Source: Candidatus Moraniibacteriota bacterium (GTDB taxonomy: Bacteria; Patescibacteriota; Minisyncoccia; Moranbacterales; DUUL01). Taken from it: a stretch of 64,000 nt of DNA. Of the stretch, positions 29,041-39,738 are shown one piece after another. Below the pieces are notes generated by a model, which had not been told where the DNA came from, did not search any database, and saw only the letters and a program-made list of their open reading frames with translations. The position numbers were made by a program, and so were the translations under genes. The DNA lies in NCBI GenBank assembly GCA_027008775.1, contig JALVDV010000001.1:73934-137933 (forward strand). The letters are read 5' to 3'. Position 1 is the stretch's first letter. The number at the start of each line of letters is the position of its first letter.

Positions 29041-30078
29041 ATGATAGCAAAAGACGGCGGTTTTCTACAATCAAAATGTTGGGATTGTTTTCAGCAAGCA
29101 CTGGGACGTAAAACAATCTACGTTGTAAAAGATGGCTTCAAATTTTTAGCTATCAAGCAAAATCTACCTTTAAAGCTGAACTATTTTCTAATCCCTCGCG
29201 GTCCGATTTTTAAAAAAAATCCAACTAACACAACCACTGCTCTCTCTTTCTTAGAATCTATTTTCAAAGTAGCTCAAAAAGAAAAAATTCCTTGGATAAA
29301 ATTTGAACCGCAAAAATCTTCCGACCTAAAAACAATCAAAAAAGCTCTCCAACTCTACAATCAACAACAAGGAACCGACTACTTTATCAAAAAATCCACT
29401 AAAGAACACCAACCGCGACAAACCGTTTTCGTTAACCTTCAACAAAAAAATCTGCTTTCAACCTTCAAATCAAAAACTCGTTACAATATTCGCCTTAGCC
29501 AACGCAAAGGCGTGCAAGTTTTTCAGGCTCGGCAACAAAAAGACATTAAGCAATTTTTGCAATTACTGCAAGAAACCGCTCATCGCAATCAAATTAAAAA
29601 TCATCCTTCCGTCTATTACCGCGCAATGATTGAAACGGGAACAAAAGGTTGCCGTGACAAAAAGGGTGGGAAAGCTTGCCAAAACAAAATTCGTCTTTAT
29701 CTGGCGCGACAGCAAAATGATATCCTGGCCGGAGCCATCGTTTCCTTTTCCAGCCAAGTAGCCACCTATCTACACGGCGCCTCCTCTAATCAGAAAAGAA
29801 ATCTAATGGCTCCCTTTGCCCTACACTGGCATATAATCCGGGAGGCTCAAGAAAAAGGTTATCGCTATTATGACTTGGGTGGAGTCAAAGCTTTTTATTC
29901 TCGGAACAAGCTGCAACCGGAACAAGGAGGTTGGTTTGGTCTAACCAGATTTAAACTGGGCTTCTGCCCGCAGGGACCGCTGATTGAGTTTCCCGGCGGT
30001 TACAATTTGGTTTTAAACAAAACGAAATACAATTTCTATCGCCTCGCGCAAAGCTTAAAAAATAAATTTCCTTTCTAA
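29041..30078 (+). CDS. FemABX-family peptidoglycan peptidyltransferase
   Basis: FLQS..W, IPRGP, KTRYNIR, YLHGAS, YYDLGG, GLTRFKLGF. Confidence 0.9.
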   Translation: MIAKDGGFLQSKCWDCFQQALGRKTIYVVKDGFKFLAIKQNLPLKLNYFLIPRGPIFKKNPTNTTTALSFLESIFKVAQKEKIPWIKFEPQKSSDLKTIKKALQLYNQQQGTDYFIKKSTKEHQPRQTVFVNLQQKNLLSTFKSKTRYNIRLSQRKGVQVFQARQQKDIKQFLQLLQETAHRNQIKNHPSVYYRAMIETGTKGCRDKKGGKACQNKIRLYLARQQNDILAGAIVSFSSQVATYLHGASSNQKRNLMAPFALHWHIIREAQEKGYRYYDLGGVKAFYSRNKLQPEQGGWFGLTRFKLGFCPQGPLIEFPGGYNLVLNKTKYNFYRLAQSLKNKFPF

Positions 30079-30079
30079 A

Positions 30080-31465
30080 ATGTCAAGACTGATTTTTTCA
30101 CTCAAAAAAATAATTCCTGAGAAAATCTTAAACAAATTGCGACCAAGTTACCACCTTCTTTGGAATTTTTTCTCCGCTCTGCGCTACAATTTCCCCGCTC
30201 AAAAACTGTTGGTCATTGGTGTCACCGGCACTACCGGCAAAACCACCACAATTTTAATGTTGGCTAAAATCTTCCAAACAGCCGGCTTCAAAGTCGGTTA
30301 CACTTCCACCACTTTGTTTAGCGACGGCGACCGGGAATGGCTCAATGATAAAAAAATGACCATGTTGGGACGATCATTAACTCAAAAAATGCTGGCGAAA
30401 ATGCTTACCAACGGTTGCCAAGTCGCCATCGTGGAAACAACCTCCGAAGGCATTACGCAAAATCGTCACCGTTTTATAAACTACGATATTTGCTTGCTAA
30501 CCGACCTCTATCCGGAACATATTGAATCCCACGGCAGTTTTGCCAATTACAAGCAAGCCAAACTGGAACTCTTTCAACATCTGACCAAATCTAAAAGAAA
30601 AAAATTAAAACTAAACAAACTTCTTTCCGGTAGAATTCCCAAAACAATTATAGTCAATTTGGATAACAAACATGCTCCCGAATTTCTACAATTTCAAGTT
30701 GAACAAAAATTTGCTTTCAAAAAAGAAAGCTCCTCCTCCGCAACAAAAATGACTAATATCCCAACTGGCACCAAAATAATCACTTATCGTCTTTTGGAAA
30801 ACAACGAAAAGGGGAGCGCCTTTTTGGTTAACGCACAAGAAAAATTTCATTTGAACATTTTGGGCGAACACAACGTTATCAACGCCGTTGCCGCTTTAAC
30901 AGTTGCCAAATCTCTACAAATCTCCTCCGCCAAAATTCGCTCAGCCTTAGCCGCAATCAAAAACCTCCCGGGACGTTTGGAAAAAATAGAAGGGGGCCAA
31001 AATTTTACCGTCATCGTTGACTACGCTTTTGAACCGAAAGCTTTGCGAAAGTTGTATCAAAGCGTATCACACTTAAAACCGCAAAAAATAATTCACGTTC
31101 TCGGTTCGGCTGGGGGAGGGCGCGACACCGCTCGCCGACCAAAATTGGGAAAAATAGCCGGCGCTCTGGCCGATTATGTCATTGTCACCAATGAAGATCC
31201 CTACGACGACAATCCGCAAGAAATAATCAAACAGGTTGCCGGTGGCGCCTCGGCCAAGAATAAAATCCTCAACCGAAATCTTTTTCTGATTGAAGATCGT
31301 CGTCAAGCCATCAAAAAAGCTCTCTCTTTGGCGCAAAAAGGAGACTTGATCCTAATCACTGGTAAAGGAGCCGAGCAAGCCATCGCCGGACCAAAGGGCG
31401 AATTAATCCCCTGGGACGATCGTCAAATAGTCAAAGAGCTTTTGCAAAATACCATTAAAAAATAA
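30080..31465 (+). CDS. murE: UDP-MurNAc-tripeptide synthetase (MurE family)
   Basis: IGVTGTTGKTTT, ETTSEG, PEHIESHG, PGRLE, VDYA, TNEDP, TGKGAE, WDDR. Confidence 0.9.
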   Translation: MSRLIFSLKKIIPEKILNKLRPSYHLLWNFFSALRYNFPAQKLLVIGVTGTTGKTTTILMLAKIFQTAGFKVGYTSTTLFSDGDREWLNDKKMTMLGRSLTQKMLAKMLTNGCQVAIVETTSEGITQNRHRFINYDICLLTDLYPEHIESHGSFANYKQAKLELFQHLTKSKRKKLKLNKLLSGRIPKTIIVNLDNKHAPEFLQFQVEQKFAFKKESSSSATKMTNIPTGTKIITYRLLENNEKGSAFLVNAQEKFHLNILGEHNVINAVAALTVAKSLQISSAKIRSALAAIKNLPGRLEKIEGGQNFTVIVDYAFEPKALRKLYQSVSHLKPQKIIHVLGSAGGGRDTARRPKLGKIAGALADYVIVTNEDPYDDNPQEIIKQVAGGASAKNKILNRNLFLIEDRRQAIKKALSLAQKGDLILITGKGAEQAIAGPKGELIPWDDRQIVKELLQNTIKK

Positions 31466-31508
31466 ATTCTAGACAAAAACGCTTGGTTAACTTCATAACA
31501 CCAAAAGC

Positions 31509-31537
31509 AAAAAGACCCTTTTAACAGGGTCTTCTTT
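31509..31537. terminator. Bidirectional terminator
   Basis: AAGACCCT..AGGGTCTT between convergent murE and rpmA. Confidence 0.6.
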
Positions 31538-31612
31538 AACTTAAAAATCCGGCACAGTTTCACTTGGGAAGCACTTGGAAAAGTCTTTCTGAATTTAAAA
31601 CAAAAACCAATC

Positions 31613-31897
31613 CTACTTCCCTTGAGCAACAACCTCCACAAAAGTCTTCTTTTTCAACTTGCCGGTAAATCCACTGATTTTTCGGGTGATAAAACTAACC
31701 GTACCGGTCGTCAAGGCTATCAGGGAATCATCAGCCGTTCTTTTAACGTTTTTACCCGGTTTAAACTTTGTTCCCCTTTGTCGCACCAAAATCTCGCCGG
31801 CTCGCACCTTTTGACCGCTAAAACGTTTCACTCCCAGATATTTTGGCCTGGAATCTCTTCCATTATCAGTTGAGCCTCCGGCTTTTCTATGAGCCAT
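31613..31897 (-). CDS. rpmA: 50S ribosomal protein L27
   Basis: [32 protein letters not shown]. Confidence 0.99.
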   Translation of the reverse strand: MAHRKAGGSTDNGRDSRPKYLGVKRFSGQKVRAGEILVRQRGTKFKPGKNVKRTADDSLIALTTGTVSFITRKISGFTGKLKKKTFVEVVAQGK

Positions 31898-32022
31898 CTT
31901 TTTATCAATTAATTCTTAGAAAACGCGCTTTACTTTTTCTTTGCAATATGCTAGTTTCTCTAGAGAATTTAGCGCACACTGTATCCATTCAACTCTTCCC
32001 AGTATACCTAAAAATCAACTTT

Positions 32023-32451
32023 ATGTCAACAAAGAAAAATTGGTGGAAAAGGGAGGGACACGCTAAAACAATAATATTTTTTCTCAATATAATTTTAGCC
32101 GGTCTGGTTGGCTTTCAATTAGGAAAAGTGCAAGCCGGCCAAAATATTCCTATCAAAATTAATCTCCATAATCAAGGCGCTCAAAATCCCGCCAAAAAAG
32201 AATTAGAAATCGTCTCTCAATCACTAGAACGACAAGGCGTCATCAAAAAAGAAACTCTTATTAAAAACAACCAACAAAAATGTCTTTTTGTCGCTTCTCG
32301 TCGTTGCAAAAAATATCACCGTTCTGATTGTCGTTATGCTAAAAATATCAAAGAAAGCAACAAAGTTTGTTTTGCCAGTACTCAAGAAGCCGAAGCTAAA
32401 GGATACGGTCCCGCTCAAGGCTGCTTGGGTAAAAATAAGAATAAAAAATAA
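32023..32451 (+). CDS. Membrane-anchored protein with an Ada metal-binding-like domain
   Basis: FVASRRCKKYHRSDCRYAKNIKESNKVCFAS..EAEAKGY; ATG at 32023. Confidence 0.8.
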   Translation: MSTKKNWWKREGHAKTIIFFLNIILAGLVGFQLGKVQAGQNIPIKINLHNQGAQNPAKKELEIVSQSLERQGVIKKETLIKNNQQKCLFVASRRCKKYHRSDCRYAKNIKESNKVCFASTQEAEAKGYGPAQGCLGKNKNKK

Positions 32452-32466
32452 AAATCAAATAAAATA

Positions 32467-33219
32467 ATGGGGAAAAGAAAAGGGGAAGGGGATAATAATC
32501 AAATTCCCGTCATCATTTCTCTAGGCGGTTCCCTCATCGCTCCCGTCGCCGGTCTTAATGTAAACTTTATCAGAGAGTTTAAAAAGCTTATTCTGCAAGA
32601 AATAGAGAAGGGCAGACGTTTCGTGATTATCACCGGTGGCGGACAGCTCAGTCGCAACTACGTCAAAGCCCTTAATCAAATCACTCCCAGCGATGAAGAA
32701 GAGCAAGATTGGCTAGGCATCCACGCCACCAGAATGAATGCTCATTTTATTAAAGCGGTCTTCAAAAAATATGCTCACCCTCGCATCAACAAAAACCCTC
32801 GCACCAAAGAAAATTTGCAAAAACATTTCGCTCAGGGAGAAAAAATTATGGTTGCCGCCGGTTGGCGTCCCGGTTGGTCCACCGACTACGTCGCTACCAT
32901 TCTGGCAGAAAGATTTAAAGCTAAAAAACTGATCAACCTTTCCAACGTTGAATATATTTTTGACCGCGATCCCAAAAAGCATCCCCAAGCCCAAAAAATC
33001 GAAGAAATCAGTTGGACTGATTTCCGCAAAATCGTCGGCAACAAATGGAGTCCCGGTCTAAATTCTCCCTTTGATCCCATCGCCGCCCGATTGGCGGAAA
33101 AAAATGACCTGGAAGTAGCCATTATTGCCGGCAAAAACCTGAGCAGTCTGTCTCGCTATCTCAACAATCAACCCTTCACCGGAAGTCTAATAAAAGGCTC
33201 AACCAACAACAAGGCTTAA
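32467..33219 (+). CDS. pyrH: UMP kinase (archaeal-type)
   Basis: ISLGGS, ITGGG, DWLGIHATRMNA, PGWSTD, FDPIAA. Confidence 0.93.
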   Translation: MGKRKGEGDNNQIPVIISLGGSLIAPVAGLNVNFIREFKKLILQEIEKGRRFVIITGGGQLSRNYVKALNQITPSDEEEQDWLGIHATRMNAHFIKAVFKKYAHPRINKNPRTKENLQKHFAQGEKIMVAAGWRPGWSTDYVATILAERFKAKKLINLSNVEYIFDRDPKKHPQAQKIEEISWTDFRKIVGNKWSPGLNSPFDPIAARLAEKNDLEVAIIAGKNLSSLSRYLNNQPFTGSLIKGSTNNKA

Positions 33220-33233
33220 ACAACCCTCACCTC

Positions 33234-33337
33234 TTGACAATTTGCTTTTTTCTTTATACAATCACCAGATTGATAAAAGGCAAGAATACTTAAGTAAATT
33301 TCACTAAATTGACAAAACAAACAAAGGGGTTTATCAT
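33234..33337 (+). promoter_or_regulatory. Two tandem sigma70 promoters of the polysaccharide cluster
   Basis: TTGACA-17-TACAAT (33234-33262) and TTGACA-17-TATCAT (33309-33337). Confidence 0.7.
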
Positions 33338-33471
33338 TTGAGTGTTCAACAACACAAAATACAAACGAACTACCTGTAAGTGTAGAAGCAGGTTGTTTTT
33401 ATTGTTGTTTCGATAAAACATATCTTAAATAACACCCCATCTAAATTTAGTTAAATCTATTTCAAATAATC

Positions 33472-34965
33472 ATGCCCCCGATTTTTGTTCAAGGAGAATC
33501 ATCTAAAAATTTCTGCCATCAAAAAAGCAACCCTCTCAATAATGGATTAGTTTTTAAGGGTAATAAATTCATTACCCATACTAATCTACATCCTAAATAC
33601 TCTGCTCTGGAAACTATACAAAATCACCAGAAATTGGTAATCATTGGTCTTTTGACTATTCTGTTACTTGGAATTATTGTAAATTGGCACCAAACAGTAC
33701 TAATAACTATTTCCGTTTTAACAATTCTATACTTTGCTGATTTATTATTCAATCTCTTTCTAACCGTTAAAACTCTTAGAAAAACACCTGAAATTGTTGT
33801 CAACAAACAAGAGATTTCGCTTCTCCAAGATAAAGATTTACCGATTTATACCATTTTCTGCCCCTTGTATAAAGAGTGGCAAGTATTACCCGACTTTATT
33901 AAATCCATTAGTAAAATAAATTGGCCAAAAAACAAATTAGATGTCCAGCTACTTCTGGAAGAAGACGATAAAAAAACAATTGCTGAAATAAAAAAAATGC
34001 GATTACCGAACCATTTTCGAGTTATCATCGTTCCACATAGTGAACCAAAAACCAAACCAAAGGCTTGTAATTACGGGCTACACCATGCGCAAGGCGAATA
34101 TGCCGTAATTTATGATGCTGAAGACAATCCTGATCCTAACCAGCTTAAAAAAGCTTTTATTGCTTTTCAAAAGACAAGAAAAAATAATGTGGTTTGCGTA
34201 CAAGCAAAATTAAATTTTTATAATTCACATCAAAATATTCTTACCAGATTTTTTACCATGGAATATTCTCTTTGGTTTGATTTAATTCTTCCTGGTCTGC
34301 AATCTATTAAAGCGCCCATTCCCCTGGGTGGAACATCTAATCACTTTCGCACCAAAGATCTAAAATATCTGCAAGGATGGGATCCTTTCAATGTTACTGA
34401 GGATTGTGATTTGGGAATAAGAATAGCTAAACTCGGTTTGCACACCGCCATTATAAACTCTACCACCCTGGAAGAAGCAAATAGTAAACTCGGCAACTGG
34501 TTCAGGCAACGCTCTCGTTGGATTAAAGGTTATATGCAAACCTATCTGGTACACATGCGACGACCCCACGAATTTATAACCGATTTTAAAAATCCAAACA
34601 TTTTATTCTTCCAGCTAACAGTTGGTGGTAAAATCTTGTCTCTTTTCATAAACCCCCTAATGTGGATAATGACTATATCATACTTTCTATTCAAAGATTC
34701 TCTGGGGCCAATCATTGAATCTTTCTATTTAACTCCTGTTTTCTACATGGCCATCTTTTCATTAATAATTGGTAACTTTTTTTATATCTACAATTATATG
34801 ATTGGATGCGCAAAGAGAGAACAATGGGATATAATAAAATATGCCTTCCTGGTACCATTCTATTGGTTGGCAATCAGTCTAGCCGCCTGGAAAGCTTTAT
34901 TTCAACTTGTAACCAAACCTCACTACTGGGAAAAAACAGTGCATGGATTACATCTAAAAAAATAG
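33472..34965 (+). CDS. Processive GT2 glycosyltransferase (cellulose-synthase-like)
   Basis: PLYKE, KPKACNYG, YDAED, GTSNHF, TEDCDLG, QRSRWIKG, flanking TMs. Confidence 0.92.
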   Translation: MPPIFVQGESSKNFCHQKSNPLNNGLVFKGNKFITHTNLHPKYSALETIQNHQKLVIIGLLTILLLGIIVNWHQTVLITISVLTILYFADLLFNLFLTVKTLRKTPEIVVNKQEISLLQDKDLPIYTIFCPLYKEWQVLPDFIKSISKINWPKNKLDVQLLLEEDDKKTIAEIKKMRLPNHFRVIIVPHSEPKTKPKACNYGLHHAQGEYAVIYDAEDNPDPNQLKKAFIAFQKTRKNNVVCVQAKLNFYNSHQNILTRFFTMEYSLWFDLILPGLQSIKAPIPLGGTSNHFRTKDLKYLQGWDPFNVTEDCDLGIRIAKLGLHTAIINSTTLEEANSKLGNWFRQRSRWIKGYMQTYLVHMRRPHEFITDFKNPNILFFQLTVGGKILSLFINPLMWIMTISYFLFKDSLGPIIESFYLTPVFYMAIFSLIIGNFFYIYNYMIGCAKREQWDIIKYAFLVPFYWLAISLAAWKALFQLVTKPHYWEKTVHGLHLKK

Positions 34966-34971
34966 AATTTT

Positions 34972-36513
34972 ATGTCTGAGCAAAAAACAAAGATTTCATT
35001 ATCAAAAAGACAGATTGTTATTTTAGCTCTATTTTTTACTTTTTACCTCTCTATAGCCTATTACCTTGTCTTTGACTTACAGCTTGTTTTTAGAGATGCA
35101 GTTTCAAGGACGGAAAAAGCATTCTTGGTTTTCTTTGACAATTCAGCAAAAATTTCATCTATTGGGTTTATTTGGACACCTCTCCCAAGTATATTGCAAC
35201 TACCACTCGTTATATTTAAACCACTGGCTAAATATGGATTTAGCGGAAATATTATATCAGCACTGTTCGGCGCTTTAAGTTGTTTGTATATTTACAAATT
35301 CCTCAATAAATCACACTTAAATTTCTTTTCAAAAATAATTTTTTTGCTATTGTTTGGGCTAAATCCAATGATTATTCTGTACTCAGCAAATGGTATGTCT
35401 GAAATAATTTTTGTCTTTTTTATAATACTGGCCAGTTGGCACTTAATAAAGTGGAACAAAACAAAGAGAATGACCGAACTCATTTTACTAGGAATAATCT
35501 TATCCTTAGCTTTTTTCACCAGGTACGAAACGATTCCACTTGCCATCACAATCGGCTTCCTTGTAATCTTTTTGAACTACGGAAAAATTAAGACAAGATT
35601 TAATGAAATTCAAGGAAGTATTGTCCTATACTTTCTGCCAATATTATTTTCTGTTTTTTTATGGATAGTCGCCAACTGGTTAATCATGGGAGACCCCTTC
35701 TACTTTCTGCGTGGAGAATATTCTAATATTGAACAATCAAATTTTATAGGAGGGGAGCTGAAAAAATTAAAAGGCAATCTTGTCGATGCAATTTATTATG
35801 CAACAAAAATGATTGCCCATCTTTACCCGGTTTTCTTCGCAACACTAATATATGCTATTTACAAACAGTTTTCAAAAATATCATTAATAACTATTTCCAT
35901 AATATTCTTATCTTTAAGCATAATCCTATTTCATATATTAATGTTACTTAAAGGCGTTTCCTACGGCTGGTTAAGATTCTACATATACATAATTCCATTT
36001 TCGTTCATACTATTTAGTATCACAATAGAAAATGTAAGAAAAAAAATGCTGGTAGCAACACTCTTCATCACACTTTTTTTTATTTCAAACATATACTCAC
36101 TCAAATCTATTTCAGATAAAAATTATGGCAAAGAAGAATGCCATGTCATAGAAGCCATCAAAGGACACTTTGACGAAAATTATTCATACATCAAAGATAT
36201 GGAGGTTGTTGACTACATTAACAAAAACAATCTAACCAATAAAAAAATTATTGTCGATGACTTTACCGGCTTTGGAATTATTCTAAACTCATTGAACCCT
36301 AAAATATTTATTAACAATTCTGACAAGGAATTTAAGAATAGTTTAGAGAATCCAAGGCAATATGCTGATTACATTTTGGTAAGACGCCCCACAGGAATTG
36401 GAATTATTGATGCAATAAATAAAAAGTATCCGGATATGTTTACTAAAGGAGCCAGCTATCTTAGACTAAAAAAAGATTTTGGCATTTGGAGATTGTATGA
36501 AATTATCAAATAG
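34972..36513 (+). CDS. GT-C membrane glycosyltransferase (GT39/PMT-like)
   Basis: DAVSR, IGFIWTPLP, NGMSE, TRYE; multiple TMs. Confidence 0.75.
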   Translation: MSEQKTKISLSKRQIVILALFFTFYLSIAYYLVFDLQLVFRDAVSRTEKAFLVFFDNSAKISSIGFIWTPLPSILQLPLVIFKPLAKYGFSGNIISALFGALSCLYIYKFLNKSHLNFFSKIIFLLLFGLNPMIILYSANGMSEIIFVFFIILASWHLIKWNKTKRMTELILLGIILSLAFFTRYETIPLAITIGFLVIFLNYGKIKTRFNEIQGSIVLYFLPILFSVFLWIVANWLIMGDPFYFLRGEYSNIEQSNFIGGELKKLKGNLVDAIYYATKMIAHLYPVFFATLIYAIYKQFSKISLITISIIFLSLSIILFHILMLLKGVSYGWLRFYIYIIPFSFILFSITIENVRKKMLVATLFITLFFISNIYSLKSISDKNYGKEECHVIEAIKGHFDENYSYIKDMEVVDYINKNNLTNKKIIVDDFTGFGIILNSLNPKIFINNSDKEFKNSLENPRQYADYILVRRPTGIGIIDAINKKYPDMFTKGASYLRLKKDFGIWRLYEIIK

Positions 36514-36659
36514 AATCCCAAAACTGTTCAAAATTACAAAAGCGATTAACAAAAATTTATTTTCATTCTAAGGCAAATACAAGATTTAAGACATTATCAT
36601 TGGTGCCTTAAATCCAAGTAAAATATTTTTCATATCCTGAAATCAGAAATAAACAAAAA

Positions 36660-38273
36660 ATGAATAACACCCCAAAAACTATAAAAAAAGAAAAAAATAT
36701 CGGCAAAAAATTTAACACCATGTTGCTTATTCTCTCCTGTGTTTTGTCTCTTGTTTTTTCTTTCTTCTATTATCAAAACAAGTTAAATATTTCTTACAAC
36801 GACGCTCGTTCGCATTTAGATATCGGCAAAAGGGTGGTTGACGGATTGCAGCCAGGACTTGCCCAGTTGGGAAGCGTTTGGCTACCACTACCACACATCT
36901 TGATGACTATCACCATTTGGAATGATTTTATGTGGCACAGTGGTCTAGCCGGAACAATATTTAGCATGCTTTCTTACGTCGGTATTGTTTTTTTTATTCT
37001 AAAATTTTTAAATCAACTAGATGTTGATATCTGGGGCAAAATGGCAGCCTTTGGTATTTTCGCTTTTAATCCCAACATTCTTTACCTACAATCAACTCCA
37101 ATGACCGAGTTATTACTGTTGCTTACCATGTTGGCCGGCGTTTACTATTTCCTCCTTTGGCTCAAAAACAACAGTAACATTCTCCTAATTAAGTCAGCTC
37201 TTTGGATTATGCTTTCCACTTTAATTAGATATGATGGTTGGTTTTTATTTATCTGGGCCACTCTAATCTTGACTGTTTACAGTTTTAGAAACAGGAATTG
37301 GAAAATAACTGAAGGAAGGATATTCCTATTTACCTCTGTTGCTGGATTCGGAATCCTGCTATGGTTCATTTGGAACTATATTATTTTTAATAATGCTTTA
37401 TACTTTATGTTTGGACCATACTCTGCTCATAGTCAACAAGAAACATTTGCCCAAGAAGGCCTTTTAAGCACCAAAGGAAACTTATTGCTCTCAATCAAAA
37501 CCTACCTTTATGCCGTCATTCTAAATTCTGGAAAATATGTATCTTTCCTGGGAATATTGGGGGCATTGCTTCTGGCTGTCAATGCCAGAAAAAAACCAAT
37601 CTCTCTCTACGTTTTTTTATTACTCTTAACACCAGTCATTTTTAATATTCTAGCTCTTTACCTTGGTCACTCCATATTATTTATCCCGGGTTTTAATGGT
37701 ATGAAAGACTGGTTCAACATTCGTTATGGAGTTATGGCCATACCCTCGTTAGCTATATTTGGCGGATTTTTATTGGGAAAAATAAATGAAAATTGGCTAA
37801 AATTAATTCTATTACTTTTACTTTTTTTCAACTTAACAGTTAATTTAACAAAGGAGCCGGTAACAGTTGCTGATGCCAAATTTGGCAAAAGCCAAAAAAA
37901 CATCGATGCTGTTGCTAAATGGTTGCATGAAAACACCAAAAACAATGATGGTTTGATTTTAATCTCCGCCGCTTCGCACGACTCAATTATATTTTCCTCC
38001 AATTTGCCAATGAGAAAGTTTATCCATGAAGGTGTCAATTTAATTTGGCCAAAAGCCACAAATAATCCGGAGAAGTGGGCTCGTTGGATAGTTTTAATGC
38101 CTGAAAAAGCGAGAAAATCCGACTTTCTCTGGCAAGCCATTAACAAAAAAGACAAGCTACGTCACTATCATCCGGTTGCTACTTTCCCCTCAATCACTAT
38201 TTTTCAATTAGACGACAGTTTTTTTAAAAAAATTAAGGATAAAACTAATCAAATATATCATGATAAGGAATAA
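36660..38273 (+). CDS. GT-C membrane glycosyltransferase (GT39/PMT-like), paralogue of the previous gene
   Basis: DARSHL, LGSVWLPLP, TPMTE, IRYDGW. Confidence 0.78.
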   Translation: MNNTPKTIKKEKNIGKKFNTMLLILSCVLSLVFSFFYYQNKLNISYNDARSHLDIGKRVVDGLQPGLAQLGSVWLPLPHILMTITIWNDFMWHSGLAGTIFSMLSYVGIVFFILKFLNQLDVDIWGKMAAFGIFAFNPNILYLQSTPMTELLLLLTMLAGVYYFLLWLKNNSNILLIKSALWIMLSTLIRYDGWFLFIWATLILTVYSFRNRNWKITEGRIFLFTSVAGFGILLWFIWNYIIFNNALYFMFGPYSAHSQQETFAQEGLLSTKGNLLLSIKTYLYAVILNSGKYVSFLGILGALLLAVNARKKPISLYVFLLLLTPVIFNILALYLGHSILFIPGFNGMKDWFNIRYGVMAIPSLAIFGGFLLGKINENWLKLILLLLLFFNLTVNLTKEPVTVADAKFGKSQKNIDAVAKWLHENTKNNDGLILISAASHDSIIFSSNLPMRKFIHEGVNLIWPKATNNPEKWARWIVLMPEKARKSDFLWQAINKKDKLRHYHPVATFPSITIFQLDDSFFKKIKDKTNQIYHDKE

Positions 38274-39585
38274 AGTTATTATTTTTTCCATTCTCCTGAG
38301 CACAGGCTTGCTTTCTATTTACAAATTTCACTTCCAATCTGCCAATAAATCCGGAAATATTAACAAACAGTCAGCAAAAAATATAACTTGCCCCGCGCCA
38401 AGTCAACAGACATTTTGGAAAATACAATCAATTGATACTATGAAACAGTCCCGAGATTTGGCCCGAGCAAAAAAAAATGACAAGAGCTTTGAAAGAGAAA
38501 TTGACCAACAGGTATCCGCTATCTCTTCAACAGGCGCTACGCACATTACTATTGATACTCCGTATGATCCAGAATTTATCCCTTTTTTAAAGAAGTGGAT
38601 CGCCAGCGCCAGAAAATATAATCTAAAAATCTGGTTCAAAGGAAATTGGTCTGGCTGGGAAGGGTGGTTTAATTACCCCAAAAATCTCAGCCGTCGCCAA
38701 CATCAGCAAAAAACAATTGCCTTCATTCTCCAATACCCGGAGTTTTTTGAAGACGGAGACATTTTTTCTCCTTGTCCCGAGTGTGAAAATGGAGGACCGG
38801 GAGATCCGCGTCAAAATAAAAATGCTGTAAGCCATCAACAATTTATTATTAAAGAATTTGAGGCCTGTAATAAATCTTTCAAAAAAATTAACAAAAAAGT
38901 TTTGGTTCTTTTTCCGATGAATAACGATGTCGCCAAAATGATAATGGATAAAAAAACGACTGCGGCACTGGGAGGATATGTCACCACTGATCACTATAGT
39001 AAGAGCCACCAGCAACTAATTGAAGACCTAAGACAATTGGCCATAAATTCTGGTGGAAAAATAGTGCTGGGAGAGTTCGGTTTACCCATTCCCGACATCC
39101 ACGGCCAAATCTCTCCGAAAAAACAAGCTGAATGGATCAAGGCTTTACTGAAAGACCTGTCCATTCATAAGAAAATAATTGGGGTTAATTACTGGGTTAA
39201 CAAGGGGGGAAGTACAGCCATTTGGCAAAACAATAATGAAGCAAAACCGGCAGTAAACATATTAAGAAAAGCCTTTAAACCCCAAGTTTTTTACGGACGA
39301 ATAGTTGATGAATTTAATCAAAGCATTAAGAGTGCCGAGATCAAAAGTCAGAATTACTCAACCGGTACAAACCAGCAGGGTTGTTTTTTCTTGTTGGTAT
39401 GGCCTCAAGAAAAATCATTGTTCACCATCAAAGCTGATAATTTCAACGATAAAAATATTACTTTAAACAATCAGTCAAAGTCATATCAAAAAATAGTCCT
39501 TTCCCAAAAGGACGTCAACAAATACTATCACATCAAACTGGAACTGTATAAAAAATTTGGTTTAAATTTACAAAAACACAAATAA
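38260..39585 (+). CDS. Secreted glycoside hydrolase-like protein (clan GH-A-like) with a C-terminal beta domain
   Basis: Signal/TM; two plausible catalytic Glu motifs (CPECEN; VLGEFG) and GVNYW. Confidence 0.65.
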   Translation: MIRNKVIIFSILLSTGLLSIYKFHFQSANKSGNINKQSAKNITCPAPSQQTFWKIQSIDTMKQSRDLARAKKNDKSFEREIDQQVSAISSTGATHITIDTPYDPEFIPFLKKWIASARKYNLKIWFKGNWSGWEGWFNYPKNLSRRQHQQKTIAFILQYPEFFEDGDIFSPCPECENGGPGDPRQNKNAVSHQQFIIKEFEACNKSFKKINKKVLVLFPMNNDVAKMIMDKKTTAALGGYVTTDHYSKSHQQLIEDLRQLAINSGGKIVLGEFGLPIPDIHGQISPKKQAEWIKALLKDLSIHKKIIGVNYWVNKGGSTAIWQNNNEAKPAVNILRKAFKPQVFYGRIVDEFNQSIKSAEIKSQNYSTGTNQQGCFFLLVWPQEKSLFTIKADNFNDKNITLNNQSKSYQKIVLSQKDVNKYYHIKLELYKKFGLNLQKHK

Positions 39586-39630
39586 AATCCCCGTAACAAC
39601 AAAACAAAGAGATATGAAATAAACAGAGGC

Positions 39631-39659
39631 TTGACACATAATTAAAAGAGTTATACAAT
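39631..39659 (+). promoter_or_regulatory. sigma70 promoter
   Basis: TTGACA-17 bp-TACAAT. Confidence 0.7.
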
Positions 39660-39738
39660 GGCCGGACGGCAAATGAATAAAATAAGATAACCAGATGCAA
39701 ACTAACTAGATGCGGTTTTTGTAAACAGAGAAAGAAGT

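Noticed and set aside
39661-39725. c-di-GMP-I riboswitch (GGCAAA...GATGCAAA) before the HAS-like gene
   Set aside because: There is no GNRA-capped P2 stem or P3 pairing between the motifs.
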